Below, piece after piece: positions 12,146 to 23,760 of a stretch of 64,000 bases of DNA; the stretch's first letter is position 1, and each line of letters starts with the position of its first letter. The translations under genes and the position numbers were made by a program. The stretch covers positions 788,693 to 852,692 of the forward strand of contig NW_003314284.1 in assembly GCF_000143415.4 (NCBI RefSeq), in the 5' to 3' direction. Under the pieces are notes generated by a model, which saw only the letters and a program-made list of their open reading frames with translations, ran no database searches and was not told the DNA's origin. This DNA is from Selaginella moellendorffii. Taxonomy: Eukaryota > Plantae > Lycopodiophyta.

Positions 12146-14428
12146 ATGTCAAACCATATTATCATATTGTCTTCCAATGTTTTCATGATTGCATGGCCTA
12201 CTGAAGGATTCAGAAAGATTCTCACAGCACAATATGGCAGCTCCAGCAAGATCCCGTGGTGCAATGGATCTGTGGAAGAACTGGGACGCCGTCTCAAGGC
12301 ATGTGCCAGGAGCAAAGATCTCGACGAAGGCAGGAGGCTCCACAGCTCCATTCTTGCTTCCAATCTCCGCCATTGCAAGTTCCTGGCGGATCATTTGGTG
12401 CTCATGTATGGCGCTTGCGGGGAACTGCAGCAGGCCCTGGAGATCTTCGCCTCTATCCCGAACCTTGACACCAGATCATGCAACATTATGCTCAATGTCT
12501 ACAACCAAAACGGCCGACTGAAAGAAGCCAAGCTCTTGTTCGATCAAGCCCCCCTGCCTGACACAGTTTCCTGGAACTCCATGATTACTGCATATGCCCA
12601 GAACGGATATTTCGAAGACGCTCGATTGATGTTCGATGGGATGCGCGGGCGGGATCTAATCACCTGGAACTTGATGATAACGGCATTTGCACGGTACCTT
12701 CAATTTGATCTGGCTAGAAAGTTCTTTGACAGGATGCCCAAGCGGAACGAGGTAGCATGGAACTGCCTGATTTCCACATTTGCCGAAGCTCCGGGTCTTC
12801 GTCTGGAGGATTCCAAAGCCCTGTTCGACGTTATGCCGTCACAGAATTTTTTGTCCTGGACAAGGTTATTCAGTGCGTATGCCCAAGCCGGGCATATCCT
12901 TGGCGCCAGTGCCGTGTTTGAGAGGATGCCACTTCACGATGCCGTGTCGTCAACGGCCATGATCACTGCGTTTGCGCAAAATGGAATGGATGCGCAGGCA
13001 AGGAGGATATTTCTTGCAATGGAGGAAAGGGATTTGATCGCTTGCAATGTGATGATTTTACTGTACGCCCGGGCGGGGCATCTTGATCAGGCAAAAGAGA
13101 TGTTTGATTCAACGCAAGGCAAAGCAGCGGGTACCTGGAACGCTCTAGCAAAATCGTTTCTACAGAATGGTAAGGTTGACATGACAAGGATGATGTTTGA
13201 TAGAATGCCATGCAGAAGCTTAGTGTCGTGGAACATCGCAGTGTCAGCCGATTCTCAAAGCGGGTGTGTTGATCGCACAAAGCTTATGTTTGATCAAATG
13301 CCTGAAAGAAACGTGATCTCCTGGACTTCTTTGATGTCATCTGGCGCACAGAACATCTCTATTAATCTTGTGAAGATCATGTTCCAGAAAATGCCGTCCT
13401 GCAATGTCGTCTCCTGGAATGCCGTTGTTGCAGCAAATGCCCAACTTGGATACGTTGAAGAAATGAAGACGTGCTTCGATGCTATGCCCGAAAGGGATCC
13501 ATTTTCTTGGAACTCGCTACTTTCCGGGTTTTCTCAAGCGGGGCATCTCACTCAAGCCTTGCAGGTCCTGGAAAGAATGCCAAAACACTGTGCCATCTCA
13601 TGGAATGTAGAGCTCGTGGCATTTGGGATGAATGGCTGCTTGGAGCAGTGCCAAACTAGATTCAAATCTATGCCTGAGAGAACCCTAGTGTCTTGGAACA
13701 CCATGATCGCAGTCTACTGCCAATTCTCCTGCTTGGATGAGGCCAGGCTCGCATTCGACAGAATGCCGCAGAGGCACGTTGTGTCATGGAGCACAGTGAT
13801 CACGGGGCTCTCTCACTACGGCAGAGTGAGCGAGGCCAGGGAACTATTTGCATCCATGCCCTCTCGCGATGTCACAGCATGGAACATTATGACCTCGGCC
13901 TACGAGCAAAACGGCTTTTTTCAGGAAGCTCTCACAACTTTCCGTGAAATGCCTGTTCGGGACCTCGTGTCGTGGAATGCCATGATCAAGGCTCATGCGC
14001 CAGCAGGGAAAGCCCTCTTTCTCTTCCGGATGATGAACTTGGCAGGGGTTGCGCCGGACAGGGTCGCCTTTGCGACCATTCTGGCCTGGTGCAGCCATTC
14101 CGGGCTTGTCAATGAGGCGTTGACAGAGTTTGTGTCAATGCGCGCTGACTTTGGGTTGACTCCCACGCGGGAGCACTACTGCTGCGTTGTTGACATTCTG
14201 GCGAGGTCTGGGCAGCTTGATACTGCCGAAGAGGTGACAGACAAGATGCCGTTTGCCGCCCATGGTGCTACATGGGGGAGCCTGCTAGCAGCGTCAACTT
14301 TCTACGAGAACGACGATCTGGCAGCTCGGGCAGCTGAGAAAATTGTGGAGTTTAGGCCTGAATGTGGCTCTCCATACGTGTTGGTTGCCAACCTTCACGC
14401 TGCTGGCAAAAGGCAAGACTATATCTAA
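12146..14428 (+). CDS. PLS-class PPR protein made mostly of tandem 31-aa S/SS-type motifs, truncated E domain, no DYW
   Basis: Long run of FDxMPxRxxxSWNxMIxAYxQxG repeats at 31-aa period, then CSHSG..HYCCVVDILARSG..WGSLL..PYVLVANL. Start may be 12185. Confidence 0.92.
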   Translation: MSNHIIILSSNVFMIAWPTEGFRKILTAQYGSSSKIPWCNGSVEELGRRLKACARSKDLDEGRRLHSSILASNLRHCKFLADHLVLMYGACGELQQALEIFASIPNLDTRSCNIMLNVYNQNGRLKEAKLLFDQAPLPDTVSWNSMITAYAQNGYFEDARLMFDGMRGRDLITWNLMITAFARYLQFDLARKFFDRMPKRNEVAWNCLISTFAEAPGLRLEDSKALFDVMPSQNFLSWTRLFSAYAQAGHILGASAVFERMPLHDAVSSTAMITAFAQNGMDAQARRIFLAMEERDLIACNVMILLYARAGHLDQAKEMFDSTQGKAAGTWNALAKSFLQNGKVDMTRMMFDRMPCRSLVSWNIAVSADSQSGCVDRTKLMFDQMPERNVISWTSLMSSGAQNISINLVKIMFQKMPSCNVVSWNAVVAANAQLGYVEEMKTCFDAMPERDPFSWNSLLSGFSQAGHLTQALQVLERMPKHCAISWNVELVAFGMNGCLEQCQTRFKSMPERTLVSWNTMIAVYCQFSCLDEARLAFDRMPQRHVVSWSTVITGLSHYGRVSEARELFASMPSRDVTAWNIMTSAYEQNGFFQEALTTFREMPVRDLVSWNAMIKAHAPAGKALFLFRMMNLAGVAPDRVAFATILAWCSHSGLVNEALTEFVSMRADFGLTPTREHYCCVVDILARSGQLDTAEEVTDKMPFAAHGATWGSLLAASTFYENDDLAARAAEKIVEFRPECGSPYVLVANLHAAGKRQDYI

Positions 14429-14479
14429 CAGCATTTGTAAATTTGTATACTCAAAATGCAAGTAGAGGTGCGTGGCTGA

Positions 14480-14730
14480 TAATCCGATTTGCAGCAGGCA
14501 TGACAATCCTGATGTTGCTGGTGTTGGAAGTCAACGCTGATAGATCTCCTTCAAACTCGTTGTGGGAGAGATCCAAGTGAACCAGCCGGTGGAGCTGGCC
14601 GAAATCCATGTCTTGTTTTCCAAGCTTGTTCCTTGGCTCGAAGACTTGCCCAGAGAAGCTGGAAGGCTGCCACCCAGAAAATATTCTGACAAGTCCAAAC
14701 AGTAGAGCTGTGCGCCTCCTAGGCTACGAG
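14480..14730 (-). pseudogene. Leucine-rich-repeat (plant extracellular LRR) gene fragment
   Basis: GEIPRSLGGAQLYCLDLSEYFLGGSLPASLG and, in another frame, LVHLDLSHNEFEG; frameshifted, no full gene. Confidence 0.65.
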
Positions 14731-15072
14731 GTATTTCTCCTGGCGTCCGTAGCGAGCTTGAAATCATTTAGTATTTTTCCCTCCCATTTCAATTGGAAGT
14801 TTTGCCGTAATGAGAAATCAGCGCCTGTTACAATTGATCGCTCGTGCTCCTCTCTTGTCGAGATATATCAATTCAATCTAATAGATTTCCCTTTCCAGAA
14901 GAAGTCGTCTGCAATTCACTGCCGTGAATATAGAAATGCAATTGTATAGAGGGCAAGCAGCCTCAAATTGCTCCGTGTTTATAAATGGCTTGGAATTTAA
15001 AAGGTGGAGAGGCTATTTAGTTGCTATTAACAATAATAAAAAACTTAGTGAGAAAATATTATTCTTTTATAA

Positions 15073-17313
15073 TTAAAAGTTATAATTGTGAACAAGAGCA
15101 ATGTAAGCTGTTTGTGAGCCCGGCTCCAGCTCCAAGAGCCGCTTAACAGCTCGGTTCCCAATCTCAACTTTGCCGTGGCTTCTGCAAGCCGCCAGCACGG
15201 CCCTCCACACCACGGCATCGCCCTCCACTGGAGAGCTTCCCACGAAACGTACCATCTCCTCAAACTTCCCGGCTCGCCCGAGAAGATCGACCATGCACAC
15301 GTAGTGCTTCGCAGCGGGGGCGATCCCATAGTCGCTCCTCATCGACACAAAGCTGGAGTGAGCTTCCTCCAAGAGCCCGGCGTGGCTACACGCCGAGAGG
15401 ACGCTGACGAAGGTGATGGAGTTTGGCATGGTGCCGGATCCCATTTGCATCACTCGGAAAAGCGTGAGAGCTCGCTCCGCGTGGCCGTGGCGAGCGTAGG
15501 CTCCCACCATTGCATTCCAGGTTATCACGTCTTCTCTTCGCAGCTGGAGGAACACCGCGTACGCGGCGTCCAGGCTCCCGCATTTGCTGTAGAGATTGAG
15601 CACTGCGTTGCCGAGTAGAACGTCCAGATCCATTCCCCTCTCGCGAATCCAGCCGTGGATGCGCTTGCCATCTTTCAAGGAGGAGATCTCCGTGCAGGCA
15701 ATGATAGCATTTACGAAAGTGTGCTTGTTCATCCGGAATCCTTCCAGCTGCATGCGTTTTAGCGAATCGAGTGCGATTTTTCCATGCTGGTTCTGTGCGT
15801 AGATCGTGATCAAGGCGTTCCACGACGTCGCATCCTTGTGAGAGATCTTGGAGAAGGCTTCTCGTGCATCAAGCAAGCTCCCACACTTCGCAAACATGTT
15901 GACGAGCGCGTTCCCCACGATCTTGTCAGACGAGTCATAGCCGGACTCCATGGCTAGAGCGTGAATCTGTCGCCCCTCGCGCAGAAACGCCGGGGTCGAG
16001 CACGCATTGAGCGCCGCCACGAGAGTTACGTTGTTCGGCCTCACGCTCTCTAGCTGCATGCGCCAAAGAAACACCATCGCCTCCGGTCCTTTTCCATTGC
16101 CTTGCTCCGCGAGAGCTGCAATGATCGACGACCAGGCGACTGCGTTTGGACAATCCATGCTCTCGAAAACTCTCCTCGATTCATCTGCGCTGCCACACCT
16201 CCCATACATGGTTATCAGCGCGTTTCCTACAAATGGGACGCTCTGGAAGCCACACTCTTGGATCAAGCCATGGACAAAACATCCAGCCTTGAGGACGCCG
16301 CAAGCCTCTAAAACCGCCACGAAAGTTATCTCATCTGGCTCGACACCATTGAGCAGCATCAAACGAAAACACTCAAGGGAAGATCTCGTTTCCTCGTGTT
16401 CTACGTAAGCGCTGATCATGGCAGACCATGCAAACTTGTTCTTGCAGCTCATCCGCTCAAAAATCTCTCGCGCTTCCGCAAGGCTGCCACACTTTGCATA
16501 CATATGAACGAGGCTCGTTCCAGCGGTGACGTCCGTCTCATGGAGACCATCCTCCGCAAGACAAGAGTGAATGAGTCTGCCGCTCTTCAGGAACATTTTG
16601 TCGCAGCAAGCCTTGAGGAGTGTAACAAATCCGATTTTTCCAATCTTGACACCCTCGAGCTGCATGACAAAGAGCATTTTTACTGCATCCGACTGATGCC
16701 CATTTTTGGCATATGCTGAAACAATGGTGTTCCAAGACACTGTGTCTCGGAAATACATTCTATCGAAGAAATCTTTAGCTTGGTCGATCTTGCCGCATTT
16801 TCCATACATGTTGGTAATCGCATTTGAGATTATCACATTCTTCTCCAGCCCACGATCCGCTATTCTTTTGTGTACCACAATGCCCTCTGCGAGAGCGCCG
16901 TGTGTGGAGCAAAGATTGAGCGCTGTCAAGAGGGCGGTTTGATCCGGGAGAATTCCCTGCTCCTCCATGTCGTCCAGCAGGCCAACAGCCCCTCCGATCG
17001 ATCCACATGAGCCGTGAGCCGTGATGAGCGCGCTCCACGAGAGAGAGCTCCTCTTACTCGCGTCAAGGCTTTGGAACACAGCCTTGGCATCCTCCAAATG
17101 CCCGCACTTGCCATACATGTCGATGAGGTGATTCGCGAGACGCCCATCCCTTTCAAGAAGGCCCAGACGGGAGATATGGGCGTGGAGCTTCCTACCACCA
17201 TCGACCAATCGCAGGGATGCGCAGGTGTGGAGGAGATGGATGAGCTCTTCCGGCTCCCGGCGATCTGGCAAAGATTCTAGGCTTCTTTGCAGCAAATGCC
17301 GGAGCAAGGGCAT
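15073..17313 (-). CDS. PLS-class PPR protein (P-L-S triplets, E1, truncated E2, no DYW)
   Basis: Repeated MYGKCG/SWNxxxxAY/PxxxTFxxxLxAC; ACSHAG..HYVCMVDLLGRAG..WRAVLAACRSH; ends AYIALVHNYNF. First ATG at 17313. Confidence 0.93.
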   Translation of the reverse strand: MPLLRHLLQRSLESLPDRREPEELIHLLHTCASLRLVDGGRKLHAHISRLGLLERDGRLANHLIDMYGKCGHLEDAKAVFQSLDASKRSSLSWSALITAHGSCGSIGGAVGLLDDMEEQGILPDQTALLTALNLCSTHGALAEGIVVHKRIADRGLEKNVIISNAITNMYGKCGKIDQAKDFFDRMYFRDTVSWNTIVSAYAKNGHQSDAVKMLFVMQLEGVKIGKIGFVTLLKACCDKMFLKSGRLIHSCLAEDGLHETDVTAGTSLVHMYAKCGSLAEAREIFERMSCKNKFAWSAMISAYVEHEETRSSLECFRLMLLNGVEPDEITFVAVLEACGVLKAGCFVHGLIQECGFQSVPFVGNALITMYGRCGSADESRRVFESMDCPNAVAWSSIIAALAEQGNGKGPEAMVFLWRMQLESVRPNNVTLVAALNACSTPAFLREGRQIHALAMESGYDSSDKIVGNALVNMFAKCGSLLDAREAFSKISHKDATSWNALITIYAQNQHGKIALDSLKRMQLEGFRMNKHTFVNAIIACTEISSLKDGKRIHGWIRERGMDLDVLLGNAVLNLYSKCGSLDAAYAVFLQLRREDVITWNAMVGAYARHGHAERALTLFRVMQMGSGTMPNSITFVSVLSACSHAGLLEEAHSSFVSMRSDYGIAPAAKHYVCMVDLLGRAGKFEEMVRFVGSSPVEGDAVVWRAVLAACRSHGKVEIGNRAVKRLLELEPGSQTAYIALVHNYNF

Positions 17314-17542
17314 ACGAAAACAAAGAGAAAGAAAAGGAATATCGATCCTCAATTGAGCGCTCTACCACCCTTTGTTGGGGTCTACCTTTAGAAGGAGTGA
17401 TGCCGGAAAAATAAAATAATTGTTTGATCATCTGTCTTATTGAGAAACCATCCCAGGAAACATAGACAATTATTCAATGGGCGAGTTTGACTCTACATTT
17501 GGAATAATAACTCAAATGAAGGAAAAGAAAAACATATAGAAA

Positions 17543-18211
17543 ATGGCAATTTTTCTCCTCATTATCCTAGCGACGTTCCAGGTAACTCAAGGCACCTCCA
17601 TCACAGGCGCCAACACAACCCCAGAATCCCCGGGAGGCCAGCGCTTCGACTCTGTCATGGGAGTAGATGGAGCCCTCTCCATCCTCGCCGACGCCATGGC
17701 CTTCGTCCAGCTTGGCTTCGAGTATATGAGCCCCGACACACCTAAGAAGGAGATTGACACCATCCACTTCACAGTGGACGACATGCCTGGGGTGGCCTAC
17801 GCCATTGGTGTGGAGATCCATCTCAGCGCACAGTTTGTTGCTACTTTCACTGGAGACTTGGTTTTTGAGCTCCGAGGCGTCTTGTACCACGAGATGACTC
17901 ACATTTGGCAGTGGTTCGGCAAGGAGGGGAGCCGGGCGCCGCAGGGACTGATCGAGGGGATTGCCGACTTTATGAGGCTCAAGGCTAAGCTAGGCGTGTC
18001 GAGCAATGGGTTTGTGGGGTCGGGGAGCCACTGGGACGAGGGGTATACCGTGACTGCACTGTTTCTAAACTATGTCAACGATCTCCATCCCAGCTTTGTG
18101 GCAGAGCTTAACAAGAAGCTCTATGACGGGTGGAGTGAAAGCTATTTCCAGGATCTGACTGGAAAGAGTGTGGATCAGTTGTGGAGCGATTACAAACAGA
18201 AATTTCAATGA
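17543..18211 (+). CDS. BSP / PR-17 copy 2
   Basis: Signal peptide; PGGQRFD; LYHEMTHIWQW; GLIEGIADFMRL; WDEGY. Confidence 0.93.
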   Translation: MAIFLLIILATFQVTQGTSITGANTTPESPGGQRFDSVMGVDGALSILADAMAFVQLGFEYMSPDTPKKEIDTIHFTVDDMPGVAYAIGVEIHLSAQFVATFTGDLVFELRGVLYHEMTHIWQWFGKEGSRAPQGLIEGIADFMRLKAKLGVSSNGFVGSGSHWDEGYTVTALFLNYVNDLHPSFVAELNKKLYDGWSESYFQDLTGKSVDQLWSDYKQKFQ

Positions 18212-18891
18212 GGAACTTTTGTTCATAGATTTATTAATAAACTACACTCCTAGAAGGAACCAGTTACTAGCTAGAAAGAAGCATTCAGAATGTATTTAGC
18301 TTTTTGAATCTTCAATGGTTAGATAATGGTAAATTTATAAGGAATTGAATACTTTAGATTAATTTTTAATTAAAATAATAAAATATAAAAAGTTAAAACT
18401 AAAGCATTAGTGTAGGAAATTTTCCATGTGACAGTCTTCATGTTTTCTTTCCTAATAATAACACTTTCACCATGCTCTCTATTTTATAGTTAGTTAAATT
18501 ATTATTTACTCATTGAGTTTTTAAGTTTTCATGTAGTTTATTATCATAAAGCTTATTGTATATTACTTCAAATCACTTTGTCTACCAAAAGAAGTTTTAC
18601 TTTATATTTAATCCCACCAAAATAAATAGTAAATGTTTTGCTAAAGATTCTTACAATTGTTTCCTTTCTGATATCCATAACAAAGATTACATAAGAGAGA
18701 AAAGAAAGCAATACCTTTCACATGCTAAGCTAGCACCCCACCACCCTTGGGTTTGGAGTTTGGAAGCTAATTGATCAATATAGTAAATAATTGTTTCTTT
18801 TTTATGATCATCTGACTTATTAAGAAATTATCCTAGAAAACATACTATTATTCAATAAGTGAAATAATGATATAAGGAAAAGAAAAAAAAA

Positions 18892-19330
18892 ATGGCAGCC
18901 TTTCTCCTCCTACTTATCATCCTAAGACTAGCAACATTTCAGGTAACGTCAACACCATCCACTTCATTGTAGATGACATGCCTGGGGTGGCCTATGCCAT
19001 TGGCATCTCAGTGCACAGTATGTTGCTACTTTCACTGGGAACTTGGTTCATGAGCTCCAGGGCATCTTGTACCACGAGATGACTCATATTTGGGAGTTGG
19101 GTGCCTCTGGGACTGATCGAGGGGATTGCCAACCTTATGAGGCTCGAGGCTAAGCTGTAGCTATTGGGCATGGGTTTAGAGTCCGGGAGCCATTGGGATG
19201 AGGGGTATGCCGTGACTATGCTGTTTCGAAACTATGTTAATGATCTCCATCCCAGCTTTATGGAAGAGCTAGCTAAACAAGAAGCTTACTTCTAGGATCT
19301 GACTGGAAAGATTACAAACAGAATTTCAAT
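18892..19330 (+). pseudogene. BSP pseudogene with internal deletions; upstream sequence duplicated from copy 2
   Basis: Retains the signal peptide, TIHFIVDDMPGVAYAIG, YHEMTHIW and LIEGIA with large deletions, frameshifts and stops; 18785-18890 resembles 17415-17542. Confidence 0.88.
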
Positions 19331-20499
19331 AATAAAGTTTATTTCATAGCTTTAGACTACATACCACCCCGATAAGCATCATTCTATAGGATATGCCTGG
19401 CATCATATAGGATTGCCTATGCATGGACGACCTACTCGCTAGAAAAAACACTTCGGCAAGCTTTTATTATATTCAGAGTTAATATTAAGTATCAAAATTT
19501 GTTTTTTCATACCATTTATTTTGAATTAATCCAATAGTTCAGATTTAATTGAATTCGATCAAAAGAACCCTAATTTCAAGGTTGTGAGCTCAAGGCCCCG
19601 AATGTGTTTTGTGGTCAATAATTGGGCAGCATGTCAAGTTTCAATTGGAAAAAAACGATCTTTCTACTTGTCTATCTAAGAAGAAATAAGGAATAAGAAA
19701 ATCTCTCAATTTTTTTTCTTGTTCCTAGATTTATTTTCTAGATATGCTGCCTACATCGTCTTGATTGATTTGCTATGCAAGCTAACGAGCTCTCATGACA
19801 AGATCTACTAGCTCTATCGCAAGATATCAAGTGTGGCTATAAGCCTTACCTCAAGGTCAAAGCCCTTTGTGAAAAGCTAGGAAAGTGGTAATAACATGTG
19901 CAAGAATCACTCCAACCTAGACCATTGCCATGCCACTTGAAACTTTCTAAATAGATTAGTAAGTACAAAATGAGTAAAAAGCAAATGCTTACCTTTGTTA
20001 TTATTAGCCTCTCCATGAAGATACCTACCACATAATTTATAGTAAGAACACTAGAGGTGAAGTAGCAGGCAATGAAAATGATTAACAATCACCTCAATGA
20101 GTTTTTCTCATTCACTTTGGTACAAAAGTGTTTTTTTCTTTCTTCTTTGTAGCCAAAACCAAGAGCTTCTTTCATAACATTTCTTCAAGTAATTGAATCT
20201 TGCATATTGTCTTTGAAACTGACTATTGTATGATTGACTGTCATCATGAAGATGTATGTTGGGTTGTTCTATTAAGGCTCCTGTCAAGATAAACACCCTA
20301 TTCTTCATACTTCTGGTCCAGGTTATTGCAATATTTAAAGGCTAAATGATAATTCAAAAAGCTGTTGATAATTTAAAATGATGCATGTATATTCTTCCAA
20401 ATGCCAATGTAAAAGATGTTTGTCTTAGTGTTTTAGAAAAGTATATTAGTCTTGTGTTTCAAACACTCTGTCTTCTGCTTTTCCCACTCTTGTAAATCA

Positions 20500-21400
20500 T
20501 ATATATTTTTTAGTTGTGATCTCATTTTGTTGTTCTTATTTTTCTAATTTATTTTATTTTTTATTTATTACCCAAGATTTTCAATAAAGTAAAGCAAAAC
20601 GAGAATTGCTAGAAGTGCAATAAATTATTGAACATTTCGGATTATTAAATTTAAAATTTTATGGTATTTACATCAATTAAGGAGCCCTTAAATCTAGGTA
20701 ATAAAAATAACAATGTGTATTTAATATTTTATATATAATATTTATGATAAAATAAATTGTAGTTAGTACTTAAAAAAATATTTATTTTAATATATATTTA
20801 TTTAAAAATTTAAATAAACTATATGAAGGTAATACTTTTATGGAGGAGTGAACATTAATAATTTATAAAATTTATAACTTACTTGACTATAACATTTTAT
20901 GTTAATTAATCTAGAATAAATTTAATATATCCCTAATGAGCACAAAAAAGCATATAAAAATTCTTAAACTGATTGGCAGGTGCTCCAAGGATCGGATTTA
21001 ACTATGCAAGGTGAAAAGTCTTCTAACCAAGCTTTAAATATATTTAAACAAATCATATTTTTTCATATGCTAGTAATGAATATTAACATAAATTAAGGTT
21101 ATATAATAACAGTGATATTGCCATCTAAAAATAATAATGCTATGTCTTAATGTTATTATATTTGATTAATATTTATATAAATATTTATAATTTTATAATA
21201 AGTTAAGTATTTATATAAATATATTTATAAATATAATTATACATAGATTATAGCAAGGTGAATATAATTAAATTAAAAATTAAAAAAATTAAAATTTAAA
21301 CACAATTGAATTATTTTTAAAATTACATAATTTTGAAAAAATAGATTAAAGAAAAAATGTTTAATTTTAAATGATTTGGGATTTTCATAGGAATATATTT
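20500..21400. other. Extremely AT-rich low-complexity intergenic tract
   Basis: Nearly all A/T, with short palindromes such as atatttatataaatat (~21169-21184). Confidence 0.7.
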
Positions 21401-21739
21401 ATGATCGGTCATATGTGATACACCCCCCTCCAATTAAATAAGTTACAATTATGACAATAAAGGGATGCTTAAATCTTAAATTGCTCTGCTATTTATGACT
21501 AAAAATGAACCAATATATAACTAAGCCTTTGAGATTTTTCTTCTCTTTTCTTTGGTTTCCATTTGTTTTCTTTTCTTTGCAACCCAGCTAAGAAAGCCTT
21601 AAACACCCTGTCTTCAAACAAAGGTAGAAAACAACAGCCTATTCTAATTTCTCAATGAGACAATATTGACAATTGGCTCTGCAGAGTAATTTCTCTAATC
21701 TATAATAAATATTCACAATAAAGAAAAGAAAGAAAAGGA

Positions 21740-22438
21740 ATGGCACGATTCCTCCGCTTTCTTATCATCCTAATTAGACTAGCAACGTCCCAGGTAACGC
21801 AAGCAACCTCCATCACAGGCACTAACACAACCCCGGAATCCCCAGGAGGCCAGCGATTTGACTCCATCATGGGAGTAAATGGAGCCCTCTCCATCCTCTA
21901 CGATGCCATGGCCTTCGTCCAGCTTGGCTTCGAGTATGAGAACCCCGACATGCCCAAGAAGGAGGTCGATGCCATCCACTTCACCGTGGATGACAAGCCC
22001 GGGGTGGCCTATGCTACTGGTGTGGAGATCCATCTCAGCGCACAGTACGTTGCTACTTTGACTGGGAATATGGTTCGTGAGCTCACAGGCATCTTGTACC
22101 ACGAGATGACTCACATTTGGCAGTGGCATGGCAAGGAGGGGAGCTGGCCGCCGCAGGGACTGATCGAGGGGATTGCCGACTTTATGAGGCTCAAGGCTAA
22201 GCTCGGGGTATCAGGCAATGGGTTTGTGGGGTCGGGGAACCACTGGGACGAGGGGTATGCCGTGACCGCGCTGTTTCTAAACTACGTCAACGATCTCCAC
22301 CCCAGCTTCGTGGCGGAGCTCAACAAGAAGCTCTACGACGGTTGGAGCGAGAGCTACTTCCAGGATCTGACTGGGAAGAGCGTGGATCAGCTGTGGAATG
22401 ATTACAAACAGAAGTTCCACAAACAAGATGTTGTATAG
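21740..22438 (+). CDS. BSP / PR-17 copy 3 (close paralog of copy 2)
   Basis: Signal peptide; LYHEMTHIWQW; GLIEGIADFMRL; near-identical C-terminus to copy 2. Confidence 0.93.
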   Translation: MARFLRFLIILIRLATSQVTQATSITGTNTTPESPGGQRFDSIMGVNGALSILYDAMAFVQLGFEYENPDMPKKEVDAIHFTVDDKPGVAYATGVEIHLSAQYVATLTGNMVRELTGILYHEMTHIWQWHGKEGSWPPQGLIEGIADFMRLKAKLGVSGNGFVGSGNHWDEGYAVTALFLNYVNDLHPSFVAELNKKLYDGWSESYFQDLTGKSVDQLWNDYKQKFHKQDVV

Positions 22439-22530
22439 GAAAGTAATTCTGGTGCCCAAAGTAAAAGCTTTTAGATTTTAAAACATGCTCAAACACTAGC
22501 GTTGTTGCAAATGCCGGGACAAGGCATTTC

Positions 22531-22604
22531 GAGAGCTACTTCCAGGATCCGACTGGAAAGAGCGTGGATCAGCTGTGAGGTGATGACAAACACAGATTCC
22601 ATTA
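22531..22604 (+). pseudogene. Short duplicate of the BSP 3' coding end
   Basis: gagagctacttccaggatccgactggaaagagcgtggatcagctgtga repeats 22349-22396, with W changed to stop. Confidence 0.8.
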
Positions 22605-22714
22605 ATAAAAGTTTGCAGACTGATATAAACATTACAATGCCAAACACTAAGAGATGAGGTTCAAACGCTAGCATTATAGCAAATGCCTATGTTGATACTT
22701 CGACTTATAGTCAC

Positions 22715-23284
22715 TCACAGCTGCTCCACGCTCTTCCCCGTAAGGTCACTGAAGAAGCTCTCGCTCCACCCGGTGGCGAGCTTGGAATTGAGCTCCGTCA
22801 CAAACCCGGGCCTGAGATCATTCACATAGCTGAGCGTGATGAAGCTCGCGATCCCTTCGATCAGTCCAGACGGCGCCCGGTTCCCGTCCTTGCCGTCCCA
22901 CTGCCACACATGAGTCATCTCGTGGTAGACAATGCTTCGCATCTCGCGCTGGAACTCGCCAGTGTAACCCGCCACGTACGAGGCACTGAGGTGGAATTGG
23001 CTGCCGTACGTGTAGGCGACGCCGGGCATGTCCTCGAGAGTGAAAGTGATTGTGTCGACGGTCTTTCTCGGGGTGGCCGGGCTCGAGTAGGCGAAGGCCA
23101 TTTGTATGTAGTGGATGGCGTCCACCATCATGGACAGGGCGCCGTTGATGCCCAGCTCCGCGTCGAAGCGCTGCCCTCCTGGGGACGCTGGACTTGCGTT
23201 GGAGGCTACGAGTTCTAAGGCCAGAGTGGTGTGTGGAATCGCCACAACCAAAGCTAGAATCGATAAGAACACAAGCCCCGCCAT
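22715..23284 (-). pseudogene. BSP copy 4, probably disabled (in-frame loss of ~25 aa plus a 1-bp deletion near the end)
   Basis: VYHEMTHVWQW intact, but EGIASFITLSYVNDL lacks the RLKA...WDxGY...FL segment; ctg tg(g) agt gac tat aag has become ctg tga. Confidence 0.75.
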
Positions 23285-23286
23285 TG

Positions 23287-23320
<34 letters not shown>
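23287..23320. repeat. Compound microsatellite (TC)8(AC)9 just upstream of the BSP copy 4 ATG
   Basis: Directly visible in the sequence. Confidence 0.9.
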
Positions 23321-23321
<1 letters not shown>

Positions 23322-23760
23322 CCACACTCTTTTCTCCCTCACAAACACTTCTAGGAATATAAACACGGAGAAATTTTTGCTTTTTTTTTTACTTTTTAAA
23401 GCTTTTTCCTGGCTGCGCTTTCTACAAAAACTAGAAAGAAAATGCATTTTAGTCGTGATGACAAAAAGAGAGCTTTACAAGGGCGACCACCTGTTCTCAA
23501 ACAAAGAGGAGAGAAATGCAATAGAAAAACGATAAAGGAAAAAATTAAAAAAGAGAACCTGGACGGACGATGTAATGCTCAGATAATCCGGGCATTCAAA
23601 ATCTTAATAGCCTCTACACGGTCTGTTATTAGTAGCAGCAGTAGTGGTAGTGCTCGTCGTCTCTCTAACATAAAACGCCTGTGATTCACAAGAGAGAAGC
23701 GAGGATTAGTACCAGGCACCACACGCTACAAATCAAAACCAAGCACACAACCTGCGTCTT

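Noticed and set aside
20500-21400. MITE or Helitron in the AT-rich tract
   Set aside because: I could not identify terminal inverted repeats, a target-site duplication or a 3' hairpin-CTRR end.
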